64,000 nt of DNA, taken from NCBI RefSeq assembly GCF_048403405.1, contig NZ_CP183129.1, one strand, 5' to 3'. The notes beneath the pieces were generated by a model, which saw nothing but the letters and a program-made list of their open reading frames with translations, was not told the origin of the DNA and made no database searches. Position numbers and translations under genes: made by a program. Positions 36,595 to 47,116 of the stretch are shown here, piece after piece (position 1 is the first letter of the stretch; each line of letters opens with the position of its first letter). This DNA is from Escherichia coli (GTDB lineage Bacteria; Pseudomonadota; Gammaproteobacteria; Enterobacterales; Enterobacteriaceae).

Positions 36595-36825
36595 TTATTT
36601 AAGTTTGGGCTCGTAAGGTAAACGTGACAGATTGACCGAAGCCAAACGGTGGGCGATAAGCCGCTCGCGAAACCAGCTGCGCAAATGTTCAGGCTGTTCA
36701 CGTTCAACCGCTTCAGCGATCACCGGCATATTGTAGCGTTCTTTAAATGCCACCCCGGCCGCCGCCAAATCGACATTCACTTTATCCATTTCTGTTTGAT
36801 CCAGTTTAGCCAGATTCTTCAGCAT
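36595..36825 (-). CDS. holE: DNA polymerase III theta subunit
   Basis: 76 aa from [31 protein letters not shown] (track ORF extends upstream). Confidence 0.9.
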
Positions 36826-36963
36826 TCTTAATCTCCTCATCATTCGCGGGCAAAAGTTACTAAGAGTGAGCCTGGATGGCAAGCCGGAATTGATGATCCT
36901 CGACTCAGACATTAGACAAGGTTATGCTCTGTAAAAAAGTTATTACAAAAAGGAATAGATAAT

Positions 36964-37338
36964 ATGGCTTCAACTGCACGCTCCCTTCGCTACGCGCTGG
37001 CAATCCTGACCACTTCGTTGGTGACACCTTCCGTCTGGGCACATGCGCATTTAACGCATCAGTATCCTGCGGCAAATGCGCAAGTGACAGCTGCCCCGCA
37101 GGCAATCACTTTAAACTTCTCGGAAGGCGTTGAAACAGGATTCAGTGGTGCAAAAATCACGGGGCCAAAAAACGAAAATATTAAAACATTACCGGCGAAG
37201 CGGAATGAGCAGGACCAAAAGCAACTGATTGTTCCACTGGCCGATTCGCTGAAACCCGGAACCTACACCGTTGACTGGTATGTTGTTTCGGTGGACGGGC
37301 ATAAAACGAAAGGACACTACACCTTTAGCGTGAAATAA
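36964..37338 (+). CDS. yobA: CopC-family periplasmic copper-binding protein
   Basis: 124 aa; signal peptide then HAHL copper-binding start. Confidence 0.85.
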   Translation: MASTARSLRYALAILTTSLVTPSVWAHAHLTHQYPAANAQVTAAPQAITLNFSEGVETGFSGAKITGPKNENIKTLPAKRNEQDQKQLIVPLADSLKPGTYTVDWYVVSVDGHKTKGHYTFSVK

Positions 37339-37341
37339 ATC

Positions 37342-38214
37342 ATGCTGGCGTTTACCTGGATCGCGCTGCGATTTATCCATTTCACCTCGCTGATGCTGGT
37401 TTTTGGCTTCGCAATGTACGGTGCCTGGCTGGCCCCCTTAACGATTCGTCGCTTGCTGACGAAGCGTTTTCTGCGTTTACAACAGCACGCTGCCGTCTGG
37501 AGTTTGATCAGTGCCACTGCAATGCTCGCCGTTCAGGGCGGGTTGATGGGAACGGGATGGACAGATGTATTTTCGCCAAACATTTGGCAGGCTGTTTTGC
37601 AAACGCAGTTTGGTGGCGTCTGGTTATGGCAAATTGTTCTCGCCCTCGTAACGTTGATCGTCGCCCTTATGCAACCGCGGAATATGCCACGTTTGCTGTT
37701 TATGCTCACTACCGCGCAATTTATTCTGCTGGCGGGAGTCGGGCATGCGACGCTGAATGAAGGGGTAACGGCGAAAATCCATCAGACTAATCACGCGATT
37801 CACCTGATCTGTGCGGCGGCGTGGTTTGGGGGATTACTGCCGGTGCTCTGGTGTATGCAACTCATTAAAGGTCGTTGGCGACACCAGGCTATTCAGGCAC
37901 TGATGCGTTTTTCCTGGTGCGGGCATTTTGCGGTGATCGGCGTACTGGCAAGCGGCGTGCTTAATGCATTGTTGATTACCGGATTTCCCCCCACGCTTAC
38001 GACTTACTGGGGCCAACTCTTATTGCTCAAAGCCATCCTGGTGATGATTATGGTGGCCATCGCGCTGGCTAATCGTTATGTTCTTGTACCGCGCATGAGG
38101 CAGGATAAAGATCGTGCGGCTCCCTGGTTTGTGTGGATGACTAAACTCGAATGGGCGATAGGTGCGGTAGTGCTGGTGATCATCAGCCTGCTTGCGACTC
38201 TCGAACCTTTTTGA
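37342..38214 (+). CDS. yebZ: CopD-family inner-membrane protein
   Basis: 290 aa polytopic membrane protein immediately after yobA. Confidence 0.85.
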   Translation: MLAFTWIALRFIHFTSLMLVFGFAMYGAWLAPLTIRRLLTKRFLRLQQHAAVWSLISATAMLAVQGGLMGTGWTDVFSPNIWQAVLQTQFGGVWLWQIVLALVTLIVALMQPRNMPRLLFMLTTAQFILLAGVGHATLNEGVTAKIHQTNHAIHLICAAAWFGGLLPVLWCMQLIKGRWRHQAIQALMRFSWCGHFAVIGVLASGVLNALLITGFPPTLTTYWGQLLLLKAILVMIMVAIALANRYVLVPRMRQDKDRAAPWFVWMTKLEWAIGAVVLVIISLLATLEPF

Positions 38215-38226
38215 TGGATTACGAAA

Positions 38227-38568
38227 ATGATGAAAAAAAGTATTCTGGCGATTCTGTTACTCACCAGTTCTGCAGCGGCGCTGGCGGCACCGCAGGTGAT
38301 TACCGTCAGCCGTTTTGAAGTGGGTAAAGACAAATGGGCGTTTAATCGCGAAGAGGTGATGCTGACTTGCCGACCGGGTAATGCTTTGTATGTCATCAAC
38401 CCAAGTACCCTCGTGCAGTATCCTTTAAACGATATCGCACAAAAGGAAGTTACCAGTGGGAAGACTAAAGCCCAGCCCATTTCGGTGATTCAGATTGATG
38501 ATCCTAACAATCGCGGCGAAAAAATGAGTCTGGCACCGTTTATAGAACGAGCTGAAAAACTCTGTTAA
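38227..38568 (+). CDS. yebY: Periplasmic protein YebY (DUF2511)
   Basis: 113 aa with signal peptide. Confidence 0.8.
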   Translation: MMKKSILAILLLTSSAAALAAPQVITVSRFEVGKDKWAFNREEVMLTCRPGNALYVINPSTLVQYPLNDIAQKEVTSGKTKAQPISVIQIDDPNNRGEKMSLAPFIERAEKLC

Positions 38569-38599
38569 TTACCTAAAATAGCCTTTTGATTTCCAATAA

Positions 38600-38900
38600 A
38601 AAAACCGCCTCAGTTCTTTCACCAGAACGGGCGGTTTTTAACATTTAAGCTGATGACCACCGCGCTTTTTATTGACCATTTTGCACGCAAACTGGAAAAC
38701 CTGGCGTCGTCATCTATTCTTAAAGGGCAAGGCATCTAAGCCTGCATTAATGCCAACTTTTAGCGCACGGCTCTCTCCCAAGAGCCATTTCCCTGGACCG
38801 AATACAGGAATCGTGTTCGGTCTCTTTTTATCTGTTAAAAGCCAGAAGCATTCCCTTCGCTGACTTTATAGTCAACCATAACACACACTCTACTGTCTGA
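38600..38900 (-). ncRNA. ryeA: RyeA (SraC) antisense sRNA overlapping SdsR (boundaries approximate)
   Basis: K-12 yebY-pphA intergenic locus encodes this overlapping sRNA pair; strong bidirectional terminator at ~38605..38640. Confidence 0.4.
38727..38829 (+). ncRNA. sdsR: SdsR (RyeB) sigma-S-dependent sRNA
   Basis: Sequence gcaaggc..gcctgcattaatgccaacttttagcgcacggctctctcccaagagccatttccctggaccgaatacaggaatcg.gttcggtctcttttt matches the remembered SdsR sequence; ends in hairpin + T-run. Confidence 0.7.
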
Positions 38901-38963
38901 GTCCAGCGTTTTTTAACATTCTTGTTAAGATTATGTGATCTTTAGCGCGGGAGGAAAATATTG

Positions 38964-39620
38964 ATGAAACAGCCTGCGCCCGTTTATCAGAGAATTGCGG
39001 GTCATCAATGGCGACATATCTGGCTTTCAGGCGATATACACGGTTGTCTTGAGCAGTTGCGCCGCAAATTATGGCATTGTGGTTTTGATCCGTGGCGAGA
39101 TTTACTTATCTCAGTGGGAGACGTTATCGATCGTGGGCCGCAAAGTTTACGTTGCCTGCAGTTACTGGAACAACATTGGGTTCGTGCGGTAAGAGGCAAT
39201 CATGAACAGATGGCGATGGATGCGCTGGCATCCCAGCAGATGTCTTTATGGTTGATGAATGGCGGCGACTGGTTTATTGCGCTGGCAGATAATCAACAGA
39301 AACAAGCGAAAACGGCGCTGGAAAAATGTCAGCATTTGCCCTTTATTCTTGAAGTACACAGTCGCACCGGCAAGCATGTTATTGCTCATGCCGATTATCC
39401 GGATGATGTTTATGAATGGCAAAAGGACGTCGATTTGCATCAGGTCTTGTGGAGCCGCTCGCGATTAAGTGAACGCCAAAAAGGGCAGGGAATTACAGGT
39501 GCTGATCATTTCTGGTTTGGTCATACACCGTTGCGCCATCGCGTGGATATTGGCAACCTGCATTATATTGATACAGGTGCTGTCTTTGGGGGCGAACTGA
39601 CTGTTGTGCAATTGCAATAA
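38964..39620 (+). CDS. pphA: Serine/threonine protein phosphatase 1 (PPP family)
   Basis: 218 aa; GDIHGC and GNHE metallophosphatase motifs. Confidence 0.9.
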   Translation: MKQPAPVYQRIAGHQWRHIWLSGDIHGCLEQLRRKLWHCGFDPWRDLLISVGDVIDRGPQSLRCLQLLEQHWVRAVRGNHEQMAMDALASQQMSLWLMNGGDWFIALADNQQKQAKTALEKCQHLPFILEVHSRTGKHVIAHADYPDDVYEWQKDVDLHQVLWSRSRLSERQKGQGITGADHFWFGHTPLRHRVDIGNLHYIDTGAVFGGELTVVQLQ

Positions 39621-39812
39621 TTAAAAATCACCGTACTCCTGTGCAGGTCGCCAGAAACCATCTATAAAATCCTCAATCGGAAAACAACCGCCATGGCGGA
39701 TCCGTTGATCGCTCATAGAATAAAGACACTGCTGTTCCGTGTTGTAGACATCCACAACAATATCTTCACAACCGCCATCCAGGTAGCAAACAAAAAGTAC
39801 CAGCGCGAACAT
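39621..39812 (-). CDS. yebW: YebW (DUF1482)
   Basis: 63 aa from MFALVLFVCYLDGG (track ORF extends upstream). Confidence 0.75.
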   Translation of the reverse strand: MFALVLFVCYLDGGCEDIVVDVYNTEQQCLYSMSDQRIRHGGCFPIEDFIDGFWRPAQEYGDF

Positions 39813-39916
39813 TTCATCCCCGAAGTGTGGTGCCGTACCGTTAAGTTTAGGAGAGATTTTACAACGGGGGAATAACCAGGACAAATAACCCGCCATGCCG
39901 ACGGGTTCTTTTTGGA

Positions 39917-40153
39917 TCAGGCAAGACGCATAATCCAGGCATCAGATTGTTGATCGTAACGGGTACGGTAAAGGACAGAGTGTTCGCCATTTAGCAGGGC
40001 AGGAATACTGGTTTCAGCATCCCAGGCATCCAGTTGCATACATAAATCGGGGTCAGATTTACAAGGAATGGTTAACGTTCGATCACCCGGCGATTCGCCG
40101 TGTAATTCGCCGTCGTCGATTTCAAAAGCGCCTATGCGCACACTGGTTTTCAT
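39917..40153 (-). CDS. yebV: YebV (uncharacterised)
   Basis: 78 aa from MKTSVRIGAFEIDDGELHGE. Confidence 0.8.
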   Translation of the reverse strand: MKTSVRIGAFEIDDGELHGESPGDRTLTIPCKSDPDLCMQLDAWDAETSIPALLNGEHSVLYRTRYDQQSDAWIMRLA

Positions 40154-40270
40154 CTTCGTGCTCTCCATTTAGCTGCCGGTTGTGGTACGACCAGTCCGAT
40201 CGCACCATTTTTCAGCGTAGTCAAGGCAGTGAGATTCGCCAGTCAAAACGTGCGCTTTTTTTGTGCTCTT

Positions 40271-41710
40271 TCAGGCGTTACCGGTAAAAAGTTTCCCGTC
40301 GCGCACCAGTTCACGCGGGTAGCTGTTTTTCAGTCGCGAACCAATTCGTTTGGCTAAACCAATCGGCTGATGCTGGAAAGTAACCAATACATCATCCGCC
40401 ACTGGCGCGGCTTGCGGGTAAACATCGCGCCCGCGATACCACTCTTCCGCTTCCTGCGGTGTCAGTTCAAAAGCGTTCACATTGTCGGGGGAGGCAAGGG
40501 CAATAACCGCTTCATGCTGCCAGCGATAACCTTTGTTATGCGTTTCGGCAAGTTTAATCCCCAACCGAGAAAATCGGACTTTACCGATCATGGCTTCAAT
40601 GCCCACCGGGAACAACCACAGTTCTTTGTCGCGTTGCCAGAGTCGCAGGTTTCCATCCCAGTTTAAGCCAACACTTGCAGCCGCCTGACGAATTTGTCCG
40701 GCTTCGCGATCTTTCACCGGGCTAAACGGAAAATTACTGACTTTGTATTTTGGGGCGGGTAACGCAGGAATCGCCTTGGTTTTACGCAGACGAGCAACGA
40801 AGAAGCCTTCGCAGTCGTAAATTTGTGGGAAAACATGCAAAAAGCCTTCTTCGGTCAGTGCCTTGTCCGCACCAGGGAAGAGATTGCCAAGCGGTAAAAA
40901 CTCTACTGCGTCGGGGTAAGTCTCTTTCAGCCACCGGCAGACGGCTTCATTTTCTTCCTGGTTTAAGGTACAGGTCGAGTAAACCAGCGTACCGCCAGGG
41001 CGTAATGCATGAAAGGCGCTGTCGATCAGTTCCCGTTGGGTAGCTGCGATTTCCTGATTGCTTTCTGGTGACCAGTTTTTTAGCGCATCGGGATCTTTAC
41101 GCACCACGCCTTCGCCGGAGCAGGGAGCGTCCAGCAAAATGGCATCGAACATTTCTGGCAACGCCGCACCAAACACGCGGCCATCAAAATGTGTGAGCGC
41201 AACATTACTGATACCACAGCGGCTGATATTGGCATGTAACACTTTTACCCGACTGGCGGAAAACTCATTGGCAAGGATTGCCCCTTCGTTATTCATCCGC
41301 GCAGCAATTTGTGTCGTTTTGGAACCTGGTGCAGCAGCGACATCCATCACCCGCTGTGGTGCATTACCGTCAGCAAACAAGGCGGCAACAGGCAACATTG
41401 AACTGGCTTCCTGAATATAAAACAGGCCGCTTAAATGCTCGGCGGTACTACCCAACGGCAATGCATCTTCATTGTCGCGTTCAATCCAGAAACCTTCTTC
41501 ACACCACGGAATTGGCGTAAGCGTCCAGCCATAAGGGGCGGTTAATTGCAGGAAATCAGCAACGGAGATTTTCAGCGTATTAACGCGAATACTGCGGCGC
41601 AACGGGCGCTGACAGGCGGCAAGAAAATCATCAAATGAGAGCGTCGAAGGCATTGCTTCGCGCATTTGTGTCAGAAAGGCGTCCGGGAAATAAACGGTGT
41701 GTTGGGCCAC
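40271..41710 (-). CDS. rsmF: 16S rRNA m5C1407 methyltransferase
   Basis: 479 aa from GTG ([21 protein letters not shown]); SAM motif [11 protein letters not shown]. Confidence 0.9.
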   Translation of the reverse strand: MAQHTVYFPDAFLTQMREAMPSTLSFDDFLAACQRPLRRSIRVNTLKISVADFLQLTAPYGWTLTPIPWCEEGFWIERDNEDALPLGSTAEHLSGLFYIQEASSMLPVAALFADGNAPQRVMDVAAAPGSKTTQIAARMNNEGAILANEFSASRVKVLHANISRCGISNVALTHFDGRVFGAALPEMFDAILLDAPCSGEGVVRKDPDALKNWSPESNQEIAATQRELIDSAFHALRPGGTLVYSTCTLNQEENEAVCRWLKETYPDAVEFLPLGNLFPGADKALTEEGFLHVFPQIYDCEGFFVARLRKTKAIPALPAPKYKVSNFPFSPVKDREAGQIRQAAASVGLNWDGNLRLWQRDKELWLFPVGIEAMIGKVRFSRLGIKLAETHNKGYRWQHEAVIALASPDNVNAFELTPQEAEEWYRGRDVYPQAAPVADDVLVTFQHQPIGLAKRIGSRLKNSYPRELVRDGKLFTGNA

Positions 41711-41789
41711 GAGCATGTACCACTGGCAAAAAAACAGGCGCGCAGTTTAGCATAAACGCTCCGGCGCAGGCACGCCGGAGCAGTGGGCA

Positions 41790-44423
41790 TTATTTGGGCA
41801 GCGCAGTTCCCCATTCACGCCACTCTTTCGGTTCACTTTCCTGCAACAGGAAGTGCTTGCCTTCCTGGGCTTTCGGTGCCAGTGGCGTACCCGGAGGCGT
41901 GGCGAAGGCGATGCCGCCACGGATAAACTGGTTAAAGGTGCCGGTTTTCACTACGCCGCCCGTCAGACCAAAGTCCAGACTATAACCCGATGCCAACCAG
42001 AAGACGGAATTGTTACGCACCAGGTGTTGATAGCGTTTACTGATGCGCATCGCAATCATCACGCGATCTGACAATGTCCCCAGCGTCATACCTGTAACCG
42101 TACCGACTTCCAGACCACGGAACAGCACAGGTGTACCGATGCCTAACGAACCGGCTTCCGGCGCTTCAACAATAATGCTCAAGCCATCCAGGTAACGCGA
42201 ATCAGTAATGGTAGCCTCTTGTAATTCAAAGTCGCGCCGAGGATTGCCCCGGCCTGGTTCGACGTTGATATACGGCTGGAGGATAGTATCAAGATGCTCA
42301 ACGCCAGCTGCCGAAATTTGCGGTGTGACCACTGAGAAGCGCGTACCACCGCGAGCAAAGGTCTGGACATATTCCGGATAGAGCACCGCCTTTGCCTGTA
42401 CTTCATTGCGCGCGGTAATCAGATCCAGCGTCTGGATTTGCCCGATATCAATACCGAGATAGCGAATTGGCATCCCGACCGCCAGTTTTCCGGCATCGAA
42501 AGCGTGAAGCGTAATCTGCCCGCCAACCGCACGGGCTGCTGTTTCGGAAGCATACAGAATACGCTTGTCGCCTTTACGCTGACTGGCGCTGGCACCGCTG
42601 AGGTTATCGAAGCTAATAGCCCCCTTTAATGCTCTGGAGAGCGGGGATGCCTGTACAGTCAGACCACTACCATTCAGCTGAACTTTCGCCCCACCTTCTG
42701 CCCAGAACACGCTGTTGCTGGTCAGAAGGTTGCGATACTCCGGCTTAATATGCAGATCGATATCAAACGCGTTAGCTCGCGGACGCACGGTAATAACTTC
42801 ACCAACTTCAAATTTACGGTACAGCACTACCGATCCTGCCTGCACATCCGGCAGCGTCTCTGCACTCAAACTCACGGTTGTGGTGGGTAAATCGCTAAGG
42901 CTGTTCTCCAGCGCTTTTTCCAGATTGGCATACAGTGGATAGCTGGCTTTCATCTCGCCTTTATCGCCTGGCAGAATACGTATCCCGCCGTTAATCCATT
43001 CTGAGGCGCTGGCACCAAGAAACTCAACGCCATCCAGCCCCACCTTCACGTCGACACGGCTGTTGACGACAAATTTGCTATCGCCTTTTACCAGTTCGCG
43101 ATGCTGAGGCTCGATGGCGACGGTAAAGGTAACGCCTTTGCTGGTGAGTTTACGATCAATAACCTGGCCTACCTGCACGCCGTGAAGAATGAGCGGCTGA
43201 CCAGCATCAATGCCGTAACTTTCTGGTGCTGTCAGGGTCAGTGTCAGAACATCCGGCTCTTGTAGCAGGGCTTTTTCACCTGGCACAACAACGAACTCTT
43301 TGCGTGGCTCGCCATCGCCGGGCACCAACTCAAAGGTTTTTCCGGTCAGCAGGGCGCTGAGATTGGCATCGCTAAGGGATAATTTCGGGTTGCGTAATTC
43401 GATGCGGGTATTTTCACGAAGCAGGGTGACGACGCTGGGATCAACGGTCATTTCCCCAGTGACTTTACCACCAGGATTTAAATCCAGTTTAGTCAGCTGT
43501 CCGACTTCCAGCCCCTGATACATTAACGGCGTCGAGTCGGCGGTTAATCCGGCCCCACTCGGCAGTTCCAGTTTGATTATTACGCCACGCTGGCTATGGG
43601 CCAGGTCTTCATACAGACCAAAGGTATCTTCCGCCTCGGCAGGTTTCGACTCTTCTGGTGAATCGAAGGCAATCGCACCGTTAACCAGTGCCGCCAGACT
43701 TTCCAGTTTCACCTTCGCGCCACTGATACTGACGTTGGCATCAACGCCGGAAACGTTCCAGAAACGGCTACCTTTTTTCACCAGGTCGGTAAAACGCCGC
43801 TCGATCAGGACATCAATCACCACGCCTTGCTTGTTGGGATTGATGGCATAGTCGTAGACTTTTCCCACCGGGATCTTACGGAAATAGACCAATGAACCGC
43901 TGTTCAGTGAACCGAGATCGGGGGCTTGCAGGTGGATCATCAGATCGCCATTGTCCAGCCGATATTTCGGTTGGGTATCGAGTGCGACAAAGTGATCCTG
44001 CTCTTTACCTTTACCTGGCATCATGCCGATATAGTTACCACCGACGAGGGCATCCAGCCCGGAGACACCTGCCAGCGAGGCCTTTGGCGTCACCAGCCAG
44101 AACTGTGTCTCTTCGCGCAGCGCATCTTTCATATCGGACTTGATGCTGACCTTGACTTCAATCTTACGAAGATCGTCGCTCAGGCTGATATCCTGCACAG
44201 TTCCGACTTCAACGCCCTGATAACGAACAGGCGTACGGCCTGGAACAATACCATCCGCCGACATAAAGTCGATGGTGACGGTATTACCCCGGTCCTGATA
44301 ACTATCCCAAATCAGCCAACCGGCAATCATTAGCGCGATGAATGGCAGCAGCCAGAAAGGTGAGATACGGCGTTTATTTTTAATCTGCGCTTCAGTCGTC
44401 GAAGCGGGCGTTTCCTGACTCAT
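41790..44423 (-). CDS. letB: Multi-MCE-domain lipid transport protein LetB (YebT)
   Basis: 877 aa from MSQETPAST; N-terminal TM helix then repeated MCE domains. Confidence 0.9.
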   Translation of the reverse strand: MSQETPASTTEAQIKNKRRISPFWLLPFIALMIAGWLIWDSYQDRGNTVTIDFMSADGIVPGRTPVRYQGVEVGTVQDISLSDDLRKIEVKVSIKSDMKDALREETQFWLVTPKASLAGVSGLDALVGGNYIGMMPGKGKEQDHFVALDTQPKYRLDNGDLMIHLQAPDLGSLNSGSLVYFRKIPVGKVYDYAINPNKQGVVIDVLIERRFTDLVKKGSRFWNVSGVDANVSISGAKVKLESLAALVNGAIAFDSPEESKPAEAEDTFGLYEDLAHSQRGVIIKLELPSGAGLTADSTPLMYQGLEVGQLTKLDLNPGGKVTGEMTVDPSVVTLLRENTRIELRNPKLSLSDANLSALLTGKTFELVPGDGEPRKEFVVVPGEKALLQEPDVLTLTLTAPESYGIDAGQPLILHGVQVGQVIDRKLTSKGVTFTVAIEPQHRELVKGDSKFVVNSRVDVKVGLDGVEFLGASASEWINGGIRILPGDKGEMKASYPLYANLEKALENSLSDLPTTTVSLSAETLPDVQAGSVVLYRKFEVGEVITVRPRANAFDIDLHIKPEYRNLLTSNSVFWAEGGAKVQLNGSGLTVQASPLSRALKGAISFDNLSGASASQRKGDKRILYASETAARAVGGQITLHAFDAGKLAVGMPIRYLGIDIGQIQTLDLITARNEVQAKAVLYPEYVQTFARGGTRFSVVTPQISAAGVEHLDTILQPYINVEPGRGNPRRDFELQEATITDSRYLDGLSIIVEAPEAGSLGIGTPVLFRGLEVGTVTGMTLGTLSDRVMIAMRISKRYQHLVRNNSVFWLASGYSLDFGLTGGVVKTGTFNQFIRGGIAFATPPGTPLAPKAQEGKHFLLQESEPKEWREWGTALPK

Positions 44424-45675
44424 GTGCATCCCAAAGTAAGCGGCTGTCCAGCCATTCCACAGCAAGAATAGTCAAAATTACCGCTGCGCCGAAATAAAAC
44501 GCAGCCGGTCCCATAGTAAAAGCGAGGATCTGATCGCGATTAATCAGCGACATGGTTAAAGATATGACAAACAGGTCGAGCATCGACCAGCGACCAATCC
44601 AGGTCACCATCCGCAGTAACAGAATGCGTGTGCGTAAACCTTGCTGGCATTTAAAATGAATACTCAACAGTAAAGTGAACATGACGATCACTTTAGTAAA
44701 CGGTACCAGAATACTGGCGATAAACACGATTCCGGCGACCGCAATGTTGCTACTTGCCAGCGACATAATCCCGGAAAGAATTGTATCTTCCTGCCGGCCA
44801 CCATTCAGATAAATGATAGAAATAGGCAACAGGTTGGCAGGTAACAATAAAACGATTGACGCTAACAGCGCCGCCCAGCATTTTTGCAGACTATGACGGC
44901 GACGCAGGCGTAGCGGGATATGGCAACGCGGGCAGCGACCACGCTGATCAGGATAGCCGGTAAAATGGCACCCAAGACAGACACGGAGTTTCTCGTCTCT
45001 ACAGGTAGCGGGGCGCTGTGGATAAAATCGCTCCCACAGTTCTTCGACATTGAGATGTGACAACGTCACCGTCGTTAAAATCACTAACGCCACAAAAGAG
45101 AACAAGCCGACACCCGCCTGGATATGGGCATAATCCTGTACCTTTATAGAAGCAACGCCAATGCCGACCAGGTAGATATCGAGCATTACCCACTCTTTCA
45201 GTCGCTCAAGCATCAGCAGTACCGGACGTAGATTCATTCCCAGTCGGTTACCAAACCATAAATAAGCTATGGAGGTCACCAGAATGAGGGGGGCACCAAT
45301 AACGCAGAAAAAGACCATTGATCCCGTTATCGCATCGCCCTGTTTGGTCATTTGCCAGATGCCTTGCATAACGTTGGCGTCAATACGAATGCCTAACAGC
45401 CAGATATGCAACAGCGGTTCGCCCCAGGCAAACGGCATAAGCAACAGCATAGTGAAGGCCATTGCCGCCAGGCGCGTTAGCGACCAGTCGCGCCCGTCAC
45501 GAATTTTTGCCTGACAGCGCGGACAATAGGCACTTTGATGAGAATTTATCTCGGGCAGGCTAAACAGCATGTCACATTGCGGGCAACGTTGGTAATCACC
45601 ACGCGGCAGTTCCTCACCGATAGCCCTCACTGTTATCTTTTTTGTCGGCGTAATTTGTGGTGTGTTAAGAGCCAT
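44392..45675 (-). CDS. letA: Inner-membrane protein LetA (YebS, PqiA family)
   Basis: 427 aa; zinc-ribbon CxxC pairs and TM segments; 3' end overlaps letB start by 32 nt. Confidence 0.9.
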   Translation of the reverse strand: MALNTPQITPTKKITVRAIGEELPRGDYQRCPQCDMLFSLPEINSHQSAYCPRCQAKIRDGRDWSLTRLAAMAFTMLLLMPFAWGEPLLHIWLLGIRIDANVMQGIWQMTKQGDAITGSMVFFCVIGAPLILVTSIAYLWFGNRLGMNLRPVLLMLERLKEWVMLDIYLVGIGVASIKVQDYAHIQAGVGLFSFVALVILTTVTLSHLNVEELWERFYPQRPATCRDEKLRVCLGCHFTGYPDQRGRCPRCHIPLRLRRRHSLQKCWAALLASIVLLLPANLLPISIIYLNGGRQEDTILSGIMSLASSNIAVAGIVFIASILVPFTKVIVMFTLLLSIHFKCQQGLRTRILLLRMVTWIGRWSMLDLFVISLTMSLINRDQILAFTMGPAAFYFGAAVILTILAVEWLDSRLLWDAHESGNARFDD

Positions 45676-45804
45676 GACGTGCCAAATGTAATAAGAATTA
45701 ACATTAATCTTAACCCATGATGGGAATGATCTTGAGCATTAACGCATTTAATGCTTATTTTAATAGGCTGGCAGTTCCAGGTAAGACAACCAAGTGATTA
45801 TATA

Positions 45805-46302
45805 ATGAACAAAACAGAATTTTACGCGGATTTAAATCGCGACTTTAACGCGCTGATGGCAGGAGAAACCAGTTTTCTGGCAACGCTTGCGAACACCAGT
45901 GCGTTGTTATATGAGCGTCTCACTGACGTAAACTGGGCAGGTTTTTATTTGCTTGAGGACGATACACTGGTGCTCGGACCATTTCAGGGCAAAATTGCCT
46001 GTGTCCGGATACCCGTCGGGCGCGGCGTGTGCGGCACTGCGGTTGCCCGCAATCAAGTGCAGCGTATCGAGGATGTTCATGCGTTTGACGGGCATATTGC
46101 CTGTGATGCGACGAGTAATTCTGAAATTGTTCTGCCGCTGGTGGTGAAAAATCAGATTATTGGTGTTCTCGACATCGATAGTACCGTCTTCGGTCGCTTT
46201 ACAGACGAGGACGAGCAAGGCTTACGTCAGCTTGTGGCACAGCTTGAAAAGGTGCTTGCAACGACGGATTACAAAAAATTCTTTGCGAGCGTCGCAGGAT
46301 AA
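45805..46302 (+). CDS. msrC: Free methionine-(R)-sulfoxide reductase (GAF domain)
   Basis: 165 aa from MNKTEFYADLNRDFNALMAGE. Confidence 0.85.
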   Translation: MNKTEFYADLNRDFNALMAGETSFLATLANTSALLYERLTDVNWAGFYLLEDDTLVLGPFQGKIACVRIPVGRGVCGTAVARNQVQRIEDVHAFDGHIACDATSNSEIVLPLVVKNQIIGVLDIDSTVFGRFTDEDEQGLRQLVAQLEKVLATTDYKKFFASVAG

Positions 46303-46398
46303 TCAACGGATAACGTAGCATTTACTGATAGCGTCATTATAATGACGCCTGTTCATGCCTGCGCTTGTTGGCTACGTCCGTTGTAATCAGGAAATTTC

Positions 46399-47097
46399 AT
46401 GGAAAATCAACCTAAGTTGAATAGCAGTAAAGAAGTAATCGCGTTTCTGGCCGAACGTTTTCCCCACTGTTTCAGTGCGGAAGGTGAAGCGCGTCCGCTG
46501 AAAATCGGTATTTTTCAGGATTTGGTCGATCGTGTTGCCGGGGAAATGAACCTGAGCAAAACGCAATTACGATCCGCTTTACGTCTCTACACTTCGAGCT
46601 GGCGTTATCTTTACGGTGTTAAACCCGGCGCAACGCGTGTCGATCTTGACGGCAACCCATGCGGTGAGCTGGACGAGCAACATGTAGAGCATGCTCGCAA
46701 GCAGCTTGAAGAAGCGAAAGCGCGTGTTCAGGCACAGCGTGCTGAACAGCAAGCGAAAAAACGCGAAGCTGCCGCAGCTGCTGGTGAGAAAGAAGACGCA
46801 CCGCGACGCGAACGCAAGCCACGTCCGACCACGCCACGCCGCAAAGAAGGCGCTGAACGTAAACCTCGTGCGCAAAAGCCGGTAGAGAAAGCGCCAAAAA
46901 CAGTAAAAGCACCTCGCGAAGAACAGCACACCCCGGTTTCTGACATTTCAGCTCTGACTGTCGGACAAGCCCTGAAGGTGAAAGCGGGTCAAAACGCGAT
47001 GGATGCCACCGTATTAGAAATCACCAAAGACGGCGTCCGCGTCCAGCTGAATTCGGGTATGTCTTTGATTGTGCGCGCAGAACACCTGGTGTTCTGA
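46399..47097 (+). CDS. proQ: RNA chaperone ProQ
   Basis: 232 aa; [25 protein letters not shown]; basic linker. Confidence 0.9.
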
Positions 47098-47116
47098 AAC
47101 GGAGGCCGGGCCAGGC

